Source: Candidatus Nomurabacteria bacterium (GTDB lineage Bacteria; Patescibacteriota; Minisyncoccia; Phycocordibacterales; UBA918). Taken from it: a DNA stretch of 64,000 nucleotides. The notes beneath the pieces are model-generated. The model was not told the DNA's origin and did no database searches. It saw only the letters and a program-made list of their open reading frames with translations. Location of the stretch: the NCBI GenBank assembly GCA_020632135.1, contig JACKGC010000001.1:308241-372240 (forward strand). Reading direction: 5' to 3'. The translations under genes and the position numbers were made by a program. Below, in pieces: positions 17,200 through 25,741 of this stretch (the stretch's first letter is position 1; each line of letters starts with the position of its first letter).

Positions 17200-18714
17200 A
17201 TGTCGATCGCCCGAGTACATACCATCCAACCAGAGGTACTTCGTGGTACCGTCGTGACCATTGAGGCAGATATTTCACGCGGATTGCACGCATTCTCACT
17301 GGTTGGTTTAGCTGGCAAAGCTGTCGATGAAGCGAAGGATCGGGTTGGTAGTGCCATTAAGCACACAGGGTACGCCTCACCAAAGACCAAGAACCAAAAG
17401 GTAGTAGTGTCGCTCTCTCCAGCTGATATTAAAAAGGAAGGTCCACTCTTTGATCTCCCAATCGCCATTGCATACCTTGAAGCAGCGGGGGAGATCACTG
17501 TCAATGACGTCAGTCGAGCATACATTGGCGAGCTCGGTCTTGACGGTACGCTGCGCCCCGTGCGTGGCATTCTCAATTCTATTCTTACCGCTCAAGCACA
17601 TGGTTTCACAGAAGTGATCATTCCAGTCTCTAACGCAGAAGAAGCAGCCTTGGTGGAGGGAATCACCGTTCGGCCAGCAAAAACTTTGGCTGAGGTCATC
17701 GCCCACATTGCTCCAGACGAGACCATACCAGACACACTGCCCATCCAACCGCCAACCGTTATCGGCGATGGCTGGTTTGAAAGTAGTGTAAGCCTGGAAG
17801 ACATCAAGGGGCAGGAGAGCGCCAAGCGGGGACTACTCATCGCGGCGGCAGGACGACATAATGTTATGTTGGTCGGGCCACCTGGCACCGGCAAGACCAT
17901 GCTCGCGCGAGCACTCCGCTCACTCCTGCCACCGCTTTCGCGCGAAGAGGCTTTAGCTGTGACCGCCATTCACTCGCTAGCAGGTAATGGGGTATCGATC
18001 AGTACCCGGCCACCATTTCGTAGCCCACACCATACCGCCAGCCACACGAGCCTGGTTGGTGGTGGCGCTCACCCAAAACCTGGTGAGATCACACTCGCGC
18101 ACCATGGCGTACTCTTTATGGACGAATTCCCTGAGTTTGACCGCCGTTCACTTGATGCGCTACGTCAACCACTTGAAGACAGGGTCGTGAGTATCTCGCG
18201 GGTACAAGGGAGTGCAGAGTTTCCAGCTGATTTCATCCTCGTGGCTGCCCTCAATCCCTACCGAGGAAGTGAAGACGGTACCAGTGACCTTGCCCGCGCT
18301 ATGCAAGAAACCTACAAAAACAAAGTATCCGGGCCGATCCTTGATCGCATCGACCTCTGGCTTGAGGTCCCGCACGTCCCATATGACACGCTCACAACGC
18401 TCACCAAACAAGACGGCGAGACTGACCACGCGCGCGAACTGATCATGCAAGCTCGCCAAATACAAACAGGGCGGTTTGTACAAACAACAACCAATACCAA
18501 CTCTGGCATGACCGCTCGTGACATTGAAAATTACATTACCCTCACTGATGAAGTAAAAGACCTCCTTAAGACTTCCAGCCAAAAACTCAACCTCTCCCCG
18601 CGCAGCTACCACCGACTCATTAAAGTAGCCCGCACTATTGCAGACCTCGATCAGAGCGAAGAGATCGCAGTGCCGCACGTGCTCGAGGCATTGCAATACC
18701 GGGTGAGTTTGTAG
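17200..18714 (+). CDS. comM: YifB/ComM-family Mg-chelatase-like AAA+ ATPase
   Basis: N-terminal Lon-protease-like domain, Walker A GPPGTGKTML, Walker B VLFMDEFPEF, and C-terminal SPRSYHRLIKVARTIADL. Confidence 0.85.
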   Translation: MSIARVHTIQPEVLRGTVVTIEADISRGLHAFSLVGLAGKAVDEAKDRVGSAIKHTGYASPKTKNQKVVVSLSPADIKKEGPLFDLPIAIAYLEAAGEITVNDVSRAYIGELGLDGTLRPVRGILNSILTAQAHGFTEVIIPVSNAEEAALVEGITVRPAKTLAEVIAHIAPDETIPDTLPIQPPTVIGDGWFESSVSLEDIKGQESAKRGLLIAAAGRHNVMLVGPPGTGKTMLARALRSLLPPLSREEALAVTAIHSLAGNGVSISTRPPFRSPHHTASHTSLVGGGAHPKPGEITLAHHGVLFMDEFPEFDRRSLDALRQPLEDRVVSISRVQGSAEFPADFILVAALNPYRGSEDGTSDLARAMQETYKNKVSGPILDRIDLWLEVPHVPYDTLTTLTKQDGETDHARELIMQARQIQTGRFVQTTTNTNSGMTARDIENYITLTDEVKDLLKTSSQKLNLSPRSYHRLIKVARTIADLDQSEEIAVPHVLEALQYRVSL

Positions 18715-18739
18715 TATCTTCTCTCCGGAGGTGATGATT

Positions 18740-18874
18740 ATGCATGATCCCGTTCCCGCTCTTTCTCGCGCGTACATTGATGCAAAATTTGCTGGTGGTT
18801 GGCGTTTCTGGCTGTGGTGCTGTAAGGACCGCTGGCAGAGACTCAAACTCGGCATGAAATACATCGTTTCATAA
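18740..18874 (+). CDS. Possible small Trp-rich basic protein (44 aa)
   Basis: GGAGGTG lies 6-12 nt upstream of the ATG. The ORF MHDPVPALSRAYIDAKFAGGWRFWLWCCKDRWQRLKLGMKYIVS ends 3 nt before a strong terminator. It is below the ORF-track cutoff. Confidence 0.35.
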   Translation: MHDPVPALSRAYIDAKFAGGWRFWLWCCKDRWQRLKLGMKYIVS

Positions 18875-18876
18875 CG

Positions 18877-18905
18877 AATCGGCGGGCCCGCAGGGCCCGC
18901 CGATT
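18877..18905 (+). terminator. Intrinsic terminator hairpin
   Basis: aatcggcgggccc / gggcccgccgatt stem followed by ttttt. Confidence 0.8.
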
Positions 18906-18990
18906 TTTCTTAGTACACTCAATACTTCAGCCGCCATCTACTGCTTAGTCATGTCACTAAACTCCACTCTTTAGCGACAGAACAAGGAAC

Positions 18991-19018
18991 AAAAAAGCAG
19001 CCTAGGTGGACAGGCTGC
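18991..19018 (-). terminator. Terminator of the LysM/M23 gene
   Basis: On the minus strand, the stem gcagcct/aggctgc is followed by tttttt. Confidence 0.6.
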
Positions 19019-19060
19019 TTCAGTTGGTGCTGCTTGTTGCACAATGACAATGGTATGCAC

Positions 19061-20065
19061 CTAGAATGGGTTTGAGCCGCCACGGACCTCAAAATGGAGG
19101 TGGGTTCCGGTAGACTTGCCCGTACTACCCATACCGCCAATCACTTCACCTTGTGAGACCCACGCTCCAACCCCAACGTCGTTGCGCATAAGATGAGCGT
19201 AGAGGGTTTGTGTACCATTAGCGTGACGTACCACAATGTACTGACCATACCCACCATTCCAGCCTGAGCTCTTTGAGACAATTACTTCACCAGAAGCTGC
19301 TGCCCGGATCGGCGATCCATATCCAGCGGCGAGGTCAACTGCGTTGTAGCCGTGGATTCCTTGCGTACGTACCGCGCCTGGCGCCGGGTGAGAGAAACCA
19401 GCCGTAGACGCTCCACCGCCTCCTGAGACTCGTACCGGCGAAGCCGCTGATGCTCGTACCGATACAGTATGCATTGCACCACCCGGAATGATGAGTGTAT
19501 CACCCACTGAAAGCTCTTCGGCAGAAGCTAATTGATTATAAGAAAGGATCTCTTCTACATCGCCTTCGTATTTCTTGGCGATCGAGCCGATGGTATCACC
19601 ACTTTTGACCACGTGTCGTACACCAGCAATCGGCAAAATAACTAGCGTATCTCCTGGTTGGATGGCAGTGGCGCGTGAAATATCGTTGGCCCACATGATG
19701 GTATTTGAGGTCACGCCGAACATTTCCGCGATCTGTGAGAGGGAATCGCCTTCACGCACTGTGTAGACCCGAATCTCACCCATACCAGTCTTTTGTTCTG
19801 CGATCTCATCTTCACCAACCGGGCCAGTAGACACCAGCGCATTCTCATCTACGATCACTTCAGCGCCACCGCGGGCACCCATCGGATTTGGGTTTTGAAG
19901 TGCGGTCAAAAGGGGAACATCGGTCGCTGACACGGCTCCCATCTGCACTTCTGGTGTTACCACCGCCTCTGCCTTAGTGAAAAATTTACTAAAAAAACCA
20001 GCGTGTACCGAAAGTGGCAACGAGATGATCACACTAAGGAGAATAAATTCACTTGCGACACGCAC
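19061..20065 (-). CDS. Secreted LysM-repeat M23 peptidase (peptidoglycan hydrolase)
   Basis: Signal peptide, two LysM repeats (GDSLSQIAEMFGV.., GDTIGSIAKKYEG..) and M23 motifs (GYGQYIVVRHANG..LYAHL, GSTGKSTGTHLHFE). GTG start. Confidence 0.85.
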   Translation of the reverse strand: MRVASEFILLSVIISLPLSVHAGFFSKFFTKAEAVVTPEVQMGAVSATDVPLLTALQNPNPMGARGGAEVIVDENALVSTGPVGEDEIAEQKTGMGEIRVYTVREGDSLSQIAEMFGVTSNTIMWANDISRATAIQPGDTLVILPIAGVRHVVKSGDTIGSIAKKYEGDVEEILSYNQLASAEELSVGDTLIIPGGAMHTVSVRASAASPVRVSGGGGASTAGFSHPAPGAVRTQGIHGYNAVDLAAGYGSPIRAAASGEVIVSKSSGWNGGYGQYIVVRHANGTQTLYAHLMRNDVGVGAWVSQGEVIGGMGSTGKSTGTHLHFEVRGGSNPF

Positions 20066-20437
20066 TGGTGTTGCAAGACCTCTGCTCGTATATATAGACT
20101 GATGACTGGATATACCAGCAATGTCATCAGTGTCTTGGTTGTAAGGTTTAATAGGCTGTTGTTTTGGTCTCGCCGCCGTCCTCTCAATTACGTCCGTGCT
20201 TGCTTGAAATGAAAAAGAGCAGGGTTATTGCTCGATCTCGCACCAACATCTTTGGTACGCAAGCTATTGTACAGAAGCCGACAGGGAAGGCAATTGACGA
20301 AATGCACTTTTTCAGCAGACTTCAAAAAGTCTCGTCTTGGCTTTATGTAGAGCCATATTATGTGTATTGACAGATTTGTATTTATGTTATTTTACTTTCT
20401 CCAAGCCATTGTTGGTGGTGTGGTATGATGACCCGAC

Positions 20438-22399
20438 ATGACCGAAAAACTTCCGTACACTGAGGGACTTAACGAGCCACAGGAAGAAGCAGTTTTGTAT
20501 GTTGATGGGCCACTCATGGTCCTCGCTGGTGCGGGCTCAGGCAAGACACGCGTCATCACCCACCGGATCGTCCATATCATTCACCAAGGAATTGCACCGC
20601 ACAACATTCTCGCAGTCACCTTCACCAATAAAGCGGCTAAAGAAATGCGCGAGCGAGTGGTCAACCTCACACAGAAATACTTTCCGTCTGATCGTGCAGT
20701 TATCGACAGCTATCCAGTCGTTACCACGTTCCATGCGCTCGGTGTACGCCTCCTGCGCGAGTTTCACGAACATATGGGACTCCGCCGGCATTTCACGATC
20801 TATGATCGCAGCGACAGCCAGAAAGCAGTGAAACAAGCGATCGAGCACGCCGGGTACAACCCAAAGGAATTTGAACCCCGCAAGATCCTCGGTATGATCT
20901 CGCGCGCGAAAGGCGACGCGATGACACCACTTGAGTACAAAGACGCCGCCAATTCCTACCCCGAACAAGTCACCGCCGAAGTGTGGGAGAAGTATGAAGA
21001 AACCCTCCGCGCTGAACACGCGCTCGACTTCGACGACCTTCTCGCCAAAACCCTCAAGCTCCTGAAAGAAAACAAGAACGTCCGCGAAACCCTCCAGCAG
21101 CGCTACAAATATATTCATATTGATGAGTTCCAGGACACCAACAAAGTACAAATGCGCATTGCGGAGCTCCTCGTCGGCCCGGAGCAAAATATCTGCGTGG
21201 TAGGGGACATCGACCAAAATATTTACTCTTGGCGCGGCGCCGATATCAAGAACGTTTTGCAGTTTGAGCGCCATTTCCCGCGCGTCCATACCATTCTGCT
21301 TGAAGAAAACTACCGCAGTACCCAGACCATCATCGCGGCCAGTAATGACGTCATCAAGAAAAACCAAAACCGCGTTGAGAAGAATGTCTTTACTAACAAC
21401 CACGAGGGAGAGAAGTTGGCGCTCTATGCCGGCATGACGGGCACCGATGAAGCCGAGTACGTCGCCCTCACCGCCAAGGGATTGATCGCTGATGGTGCTG
21501 ACCCGGCTTCAATCGCCGTGCTCTACCGTACCAACTTCCAGTCACGTTCACTCGAAGAAGCGTTCATTAATATGGATGTGCCGTACCAGCTCCTTGGCAC
21601 CAAGTTCTTCGAACGAAAAGAAGTGAAAGATGTGCTCTCGTATCTTCGCCTAGCACTCAATCCTGGCAGCAACGCTGACCTTACGCGTGTGATCAACGAG
21701 CCAGCCCGCGGGATTGGGAAGGTCACGATGCTGAAAGTAGTAGAAGGGAAGCAGGGCGAACTGAATGCTGGCGCCGCTGCAAAAGTGAAAGTTTTTGACG
21801 ATATCATGCTGGATATTGCGAAGGTGGCGAAAGAAAAATCGTTATCCGACACTATTAAATTCATCATGGAACGAAGTGGTATTGAGAGTCACTATCGTGA
21901 AGAAGGGACCGAAGAAGCGCTCGAACGCATCGAAAACCTGCGCGAGCTGGTAACCCTCGCGAGCCGCTTTAATGACCTCCCGCCAGAGGAAGCAGTGGAA
22001 CAATTCATCGAAAACGCAGCGCTGCAGAGCGACCAGGACGAAATGAAAGAGAAGGAAGAGCAAAACGCCGTGCGCCTCATGACCATCCATGCCTCGAAGG
22101 GACTGGAGTTTCCGTACGTATTCATCACCGGCCTTGAGCAAGGTCTCTTCCCGCACGAACGTCTCGACGACGGCCGGATCGACAATGAGGAAGAACGGCG
22201 GCTCTTTTACGTCGCCCTTACCCGCGCTGAGAAAAAAGTTTTCCTAACCTACGCCCACCTGCGTACGATCTTCGGCAGCCAGCGGGTCAATGTGCCTTCA
22301 GAATTCCTCAACGACATCAGCCGCGAACACGTCGAGCAAGCTGAGCCAGAGGGCAGGGGACACAATTCGGGCTACGAGACAACGATCTATTTAGATTAA
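20438..22399 (+). CDS. pcrA: UvrD/PcrA-family ATP-dependent DNA helicase
   Basis: AGAGSGKTRV (motif I), HIDEFQDTN (motif II), ENYRST, TIHASKGLEF and YVALTRA. Confidence 0.9.
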   Translation: MTEKLPYTEGLNEPQEEAVLYVDGPLMVLAGAGSGKTRVITHRIVHIIHQGIAPHNILAVTFTNKAAKEMRERVVNLTQKYFPSDRAVIDSYPVVTTFHALGVRLLREFHEHMGLRRHFTIYDRSDSQKAVKQAIEHAGYNPKEFEPRKILGMISRAKGDAMTPLEYKDAANSYPEQVTAEVWEKYEETLRAEHALDFDDLLAKTLKLLKENKNVRETLQQRYKYIHIDEFQDTNKVQMRIAELLVGPEQNICVVGDIDQNIYSWRGADIKNVLQFERHFPRVHTILLEENYRSTQTIIAASNDVIKKNQNRVEKNVFTNNHEGEKLALYAGMTGTDEAEYVALTAKGLIADGADPASIAVLYRTNFQSRSLEEAFINMDVPYQLLGTKFFERKEVKDVLSYLRLALNPGSNADLTRVINEPARGIGKVTMLKVVEGKQGELNAGAAAKVKVFDDIMLDIAKVAKEKSLSDTIKFIMERSGIESHYREEGTEEALERIENLRELVTLASRFNDLPPEEAVEQFIENAALQSDQDEMKEKEEQNAVRLMTIHASKGLEFPYVFITGLEQGLFPHERLDDGRIDNEEERRLFYVALTRAEKKVFLTYAHLRTIFGSQRVNVPSEFLNDISREHVEQAEPEGRGHNSGYETTIYLD

Positions 22400-22505
22400 A
22401 AAATCTTTAAAAAACAGCGGTGTGAGGACGTCGAGTCTCTGGTATTGACAGCTACCTGTTCTCTACTTGGTTGTATAATTCGCGCTGTTGTTCTATTGTG
22501 CTGGA

Positions 22506-23312
22506 ATGTCGGGAAGGTTTGAACACAAAAAATCCCTCGGGCAGCATTTTTTGAATAGCGACTACGTGCCGAAGTTGATGTGTGAGGCGGCGGGGGATAT
22601 TGCCGGGAAGACAGTGCTCGAGATCGGCCCAGGGACAGGGATTTTAACGCATGAGATTTTAGCGCGCGGCGCGAAGGTGGTAGCGATCGAGGCGGATGCG
22701 CGGGCGATCTCGTCACTTGAAGAAACCTTTGCTGACGAAATCGCCCGCGGAGTACTCACCATCTTCCATCACGACGCCCGTGACCTATCTGACCTACCCC
22801 GATTTGGCCTTGAGGAACATAGCTATATCGCCATATCTAACATTCCATACTACCTCTCTGGCAGCCTCTTCCGTAGCCTTCTCGACACCGATTGCCAACC
22901 GTCTGACCTCGTATTTCTCGTGCAAAAAGAGGTTGCAGAACGTATCGCCCGAGACAAGAAAGAGTCACTCCTCTCACTTTCAATCAAGGCTTTTGGCACC
23001 CCTTCATATATTAGTACTGTTAAAAAAGGTCACTTTACCCCACCACCAAAAGTAGATTCCGCTATCGTAAAGGTGGGTGATATTAACCATGTACGGTTAT
23101 CAGGTCTCGATCCTGCTCAGTTTTTTCACCTCCTTCACCTCGGCTTTGGCCAAAAGCGCAAACAACTGCTCGGCAATCTTTCGCAGCAGTACAATCGTGA
23201 TGCACTTACGGCGCTTTTTACTAGCCTCTCACTCGACACAACCATCCGCGCAGAAGACGTGCCACTTACCCAGTGGGTAGACCTGACCAAAACTATCACA
23301 TTGCTCAAATAG
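22506..23312 (+). CDS. rsmA: 16S rRNA (adenine1518/1519-N6)-dimethyltransferase
   Basis: LGQHFL, the EIGPGTGILT SAM-binding motif and NIPYY. Start at the internal ATG 22506. Confidence 0.85.
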   Translation: MSGRFEHKKSLGQHFLNSDYVPKLMCEAAGDIAGKTVLEIGPGTGILTHEILARGAKVVAIEADARAISSLEETFADEIARGVLTIFHHDARDLSDLPRFGLEEHSYIAISNIPYYLSGSLFRSLLDTDCQPSDLVFLVQKEVAERIARDKKESLLSLSIKAFGTPSYISTVKKGHFTPPPKVDSAIVKVGDINHVRLSGLDPAQFFHLLHLGFGQKRKQLLGNLSQQYNRDALTALFTSLSLDTTIRAEDVPLTQWVDLTKTITLLK

Positions 23313-23388
23313 GGGAAGATATCACCATACACAACCTGTGTGCAAATAGATACCCGAAGACTCAGGTATGCTGTTATACTTACATTGT

Positions 23389-24282
23389 ATGCAGGGGCAG
23401 TTAAACCCGAAGATAGTTGGTGCTAGCATCATTGGTTTCGCATTAGTTAGTGGCGCGTTTGTTTTAAGTGACTTTGGGGTGAAGCCCGTGCCGGTCCAAC
23501 AAACCGCCCACATCCCCAACTCCGCTCTCCAGCGCACTCCTATTGCGGTGACCGACTCCGATGATAACGGTATTGAAGACTGGCGTGATGAATTTATCAC
23601 CACCGACCCGGTCATACTCAATAAAGCCCCTGTCGACTATACCCCTCCAGATACCCTCACTGGCCAAATGAGTATTGATTTCATGGAGAATATCATCCGA
23701 TCTAAGGGCTATGGTCCGTTTGGGCGAACAGAGGCCGAAGTGATCGACAATACCATCGAGCAGCTACAACTTAAGTCAGTTAATGACAAGATCTACGACA
23801 CGCCAGACATCACCATCATGGAAATATGGGACAACAACGACCTCGTCAATTACGCCAACACACTGGCTGCTACCATCTACCGTCACAACGTCCCTAATAT
23901 GGATGGGGAATTGGAGATCCTCTACGACGTGGTACAAAATGGCAAGAAGGAACGACTCGCAGAGTTGCGCACCATCGCCGAAGTGTATGAGAAGTATCGT
24001 GATGACACACTCCTTATCCCTGTACCAGACTTCTTGGTTAAGCAGCACCTCGACCTTATTAATACCTACAACGCTATGTATCATGACATCAGCAGCATGA
24101 CCCTTGCGTTAGAAGACCCGGCCGTCTCGCTCTTACGTCTCAAGCGGTACGAGGACGACGCGAGCGGTCTATCATTGGCCCTCACGAATATGTACTTCGC
24201 ACTTGAGCCGTACGCGAATTTAATAACCATTGATGACCCAGCCGCATTATTCGTTATTTTTAGCCCTGATTTTCAATTATAA
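23389..24282 (+). CDS. Membrane-anchored hypothetical protein (T4SS-like cluster gene 1)
   Basis: N-terminal TM (IVGASIIGFALVSGAFVL), then an acidic DSDDNGIEDWRDEF motif of Ca-binding type. No family recognised. It is the first gene of a tightly packed same-strand array. Confidence 0.5.
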   Translation: MQGQLNPKIVGASIIGFALVSGAFVLSDFGVKPVPVQQTAHIPNSALQRTPIAVTDSDDNGIEDWRDEFITTDPVILNKAPVDYTPPDTLTGQMSIDFMENIIRSKGYGPFGRTEAEVIDNTIEQLQLKSVNDKIYDTPDITIMEIWDNNDLVNYANTLAATIYRHNVPNMDGELEILYDVVQNGKKERLAELRTIAEVYEKYRDDTLLIPVPDFLVKQHLDLINTYNAMYHDISSMTLALEDPAVSLLRLKRYEDDASGLSLALTNMYFALEPYANLITIDDPAALFVIFSPDFQL

Positions 24283-24292
24283 CCCCTAGCTT

Positions 24293-25729
24293 ATGGATAC
24301 GTTCTTCACCCACCTCAAGAAAGGCATCGTCGCAACTACCTTCATGATCTTTGCGTTTGCGATGACTTACGTCCCGCAAGACTGGAACCAAGTGAAGGAA
24401 GCACACGCTGGCGGGGCAGGTGGTGGTGCGCTTGAAGTGACACAGCTGGGACAGTGGGCTTCAGATAAAGTGTTCCAAGCTGCCTCGATCGCCCAAGAGA
24501 CCATCACCGCCATTGCTACTAATAGTATTTGGATCAAAGAATATGTACTTGACGGCATCGCCTGGGCGATCGCAAAGGCTATCATTTCCAACCTGTTGTC
24601 ATCACTGATCGATTGGATCAATTCTGGTTTTCAAGGGAGCCCGGCGTTTATCCAAAATCTGGAACTCTTCCTGCGTGACCAAGCTGATATTGCAATTGGG
24701 CAGTACCTCGATGAACTCGGTGGCATTGGTTCCTTTCTCTGTGAGCCCTTCCGGCTTGATGTTCAGGTGGCAGTAGCACTTCAGTATGAGCGCACTCGCG
24801 TCGACCAACCAACCCGTGATTGTACTCTCACTGGCATCATCGATAATATTGACGGGTTTCTTTCTGGGACCGCTGATTCCTTTGATGAAGGTGGTTGGAA
24901 TGACTGGTTTGACGTCACTTCGGCTCCAGAAGTGTACACTCCTTATGGACAGATCTTGTCCGCGCAAACCGGGGCTGAGATTCGCATCTTAGGGGAAAAG
25001 GGTCGTGAAGCCGCCAAGCTGGAGTGGGGTGACGGGTTTCTTTCTGGTGAGATCTGCGAGCTCGTTGGTGGAGCAGACACTACCAAAGAGGAGTGTTTCA
25101 TCTCCAAGCCAGGCAAGATCATCGAAGAGGCACTCTCATTCAACCTTGATTCAGGTCGACAGTCACTGATCACAGCTGATGAAATTGATGAAGTTGTTTC
25201 TGCTCTTATTTCACAACTAGCCAATACGGTTATTACCGGTGCCGCCGGTCTTTTAGGCCTATCTGGTGGTACAGGGTATACGTACACTGGATTTAATGCT
25301 GGGTCATACCTGGACGCGGTCAACCAAGAAGCAATTGAAAGTCTCGGGGGGCAGACAGGAGGAAACAATTCTGGCACTTCATTACAAACCATGCAAACGT
25401 CACTTGCTACACAAACCTCTCTTCAAGATAGCGCTCTTCAATACCGATCCCAATTAGAAGCAAAGCAAGCATTGGGTACCCTATCAGCAGCGCAAACTAG
25501 TCAGGTCAACAGTGCTCTGACTGAAATAAATACGGTAGTTAACAATACTGACCAAGACATCAGCACGATCAGTAATCTCATCACTCAATACAATGCTGCA
25601 ACTGGCAATACCGCTCAGCAAGCAATCATTATTACTGAATTCGATAGTCTCACCCTCTATAGTCAAGGTCAGGTAAACAATTTAACTGCTGGTTGGAGCT
25701 CACTACTCTCATCACTACCGAATAGTTAA
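24293..25729 (+). CDS. Secreted or membrane-anchored hypothetical protein (cluster gene 2)
   Basis: N-terminal TM (IVATTFMIFAFAMTYV), 4 Cys and a Ser/Thr/Gln/Asn-rich C-terminus. It lies 10 nt after gene 1. Confidence 0.5.
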   Translation: MDTFFTHLKKGIVATTFMIFAFAMTYVPQDWNQVKEAHAGGAGGGALEVTQLGQWASDKVFQAASIAQETITAIATNSIWIKEYVLDGIAWAIAKAIISNLLSSLIDWINSGFQGSPAFIQNLELFLRDQADIAIGQYLDELGGIGSFLCEPFRLDVQVAVALQYERTRVDQPTRDCTLTGIIDNIDGFLSGTADSFDEGGWNDWFDVTSAPEVYTPYGQILSAQTGAEIRILGEKGREAAKLEWGDGFLSGEICELVGGADTTKEECFISKPGKIIEEALSFNLDSGRQSLITADEIDEVVSALISQLANTVITGAAGLLGLSGGTGYTYTGFNAGSYLDAVNQEAIESLGGQTGGNNSGTSLQTMQTSLATQTSLQDSALQYRSQLEAKQALGTLSAAQTSQVNSALTEINTVVNNTDQDISTISNLITQYNAATGNTAQQAIIITEFDSLTLYSQGQVNNLTAGWSSLLSSLPNS

Positions 25730-25741
25730 TAAACCATTGTA

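Noticed and set aside
18160-18864. 234-aa minus-strand ORF
   Set aside because: It lies almost entirely antisense to the well-supported comM gene. It has no recognisable motifs and an odd composition, so it is a shadow ORF.
20066-20293. c-di-AMP (ydaO-type) riboswitch in the ~190-nt leader of the LysM/M23 hydrolase gene
   Set aside because: The context is suggestive, since cell-wall hydrolases are often ydaO-regulated. I could not find the conserved GGGGA/ACCCG/CCGA-type core segments on the minus strand.
20537-21403. 288-aa minus-strand ORF
   Set aside because: It is antisense within the uvrD/pcrA helicase gene, whose plus-strand frame carries all the helicase motifs. It is a shadow ORF.
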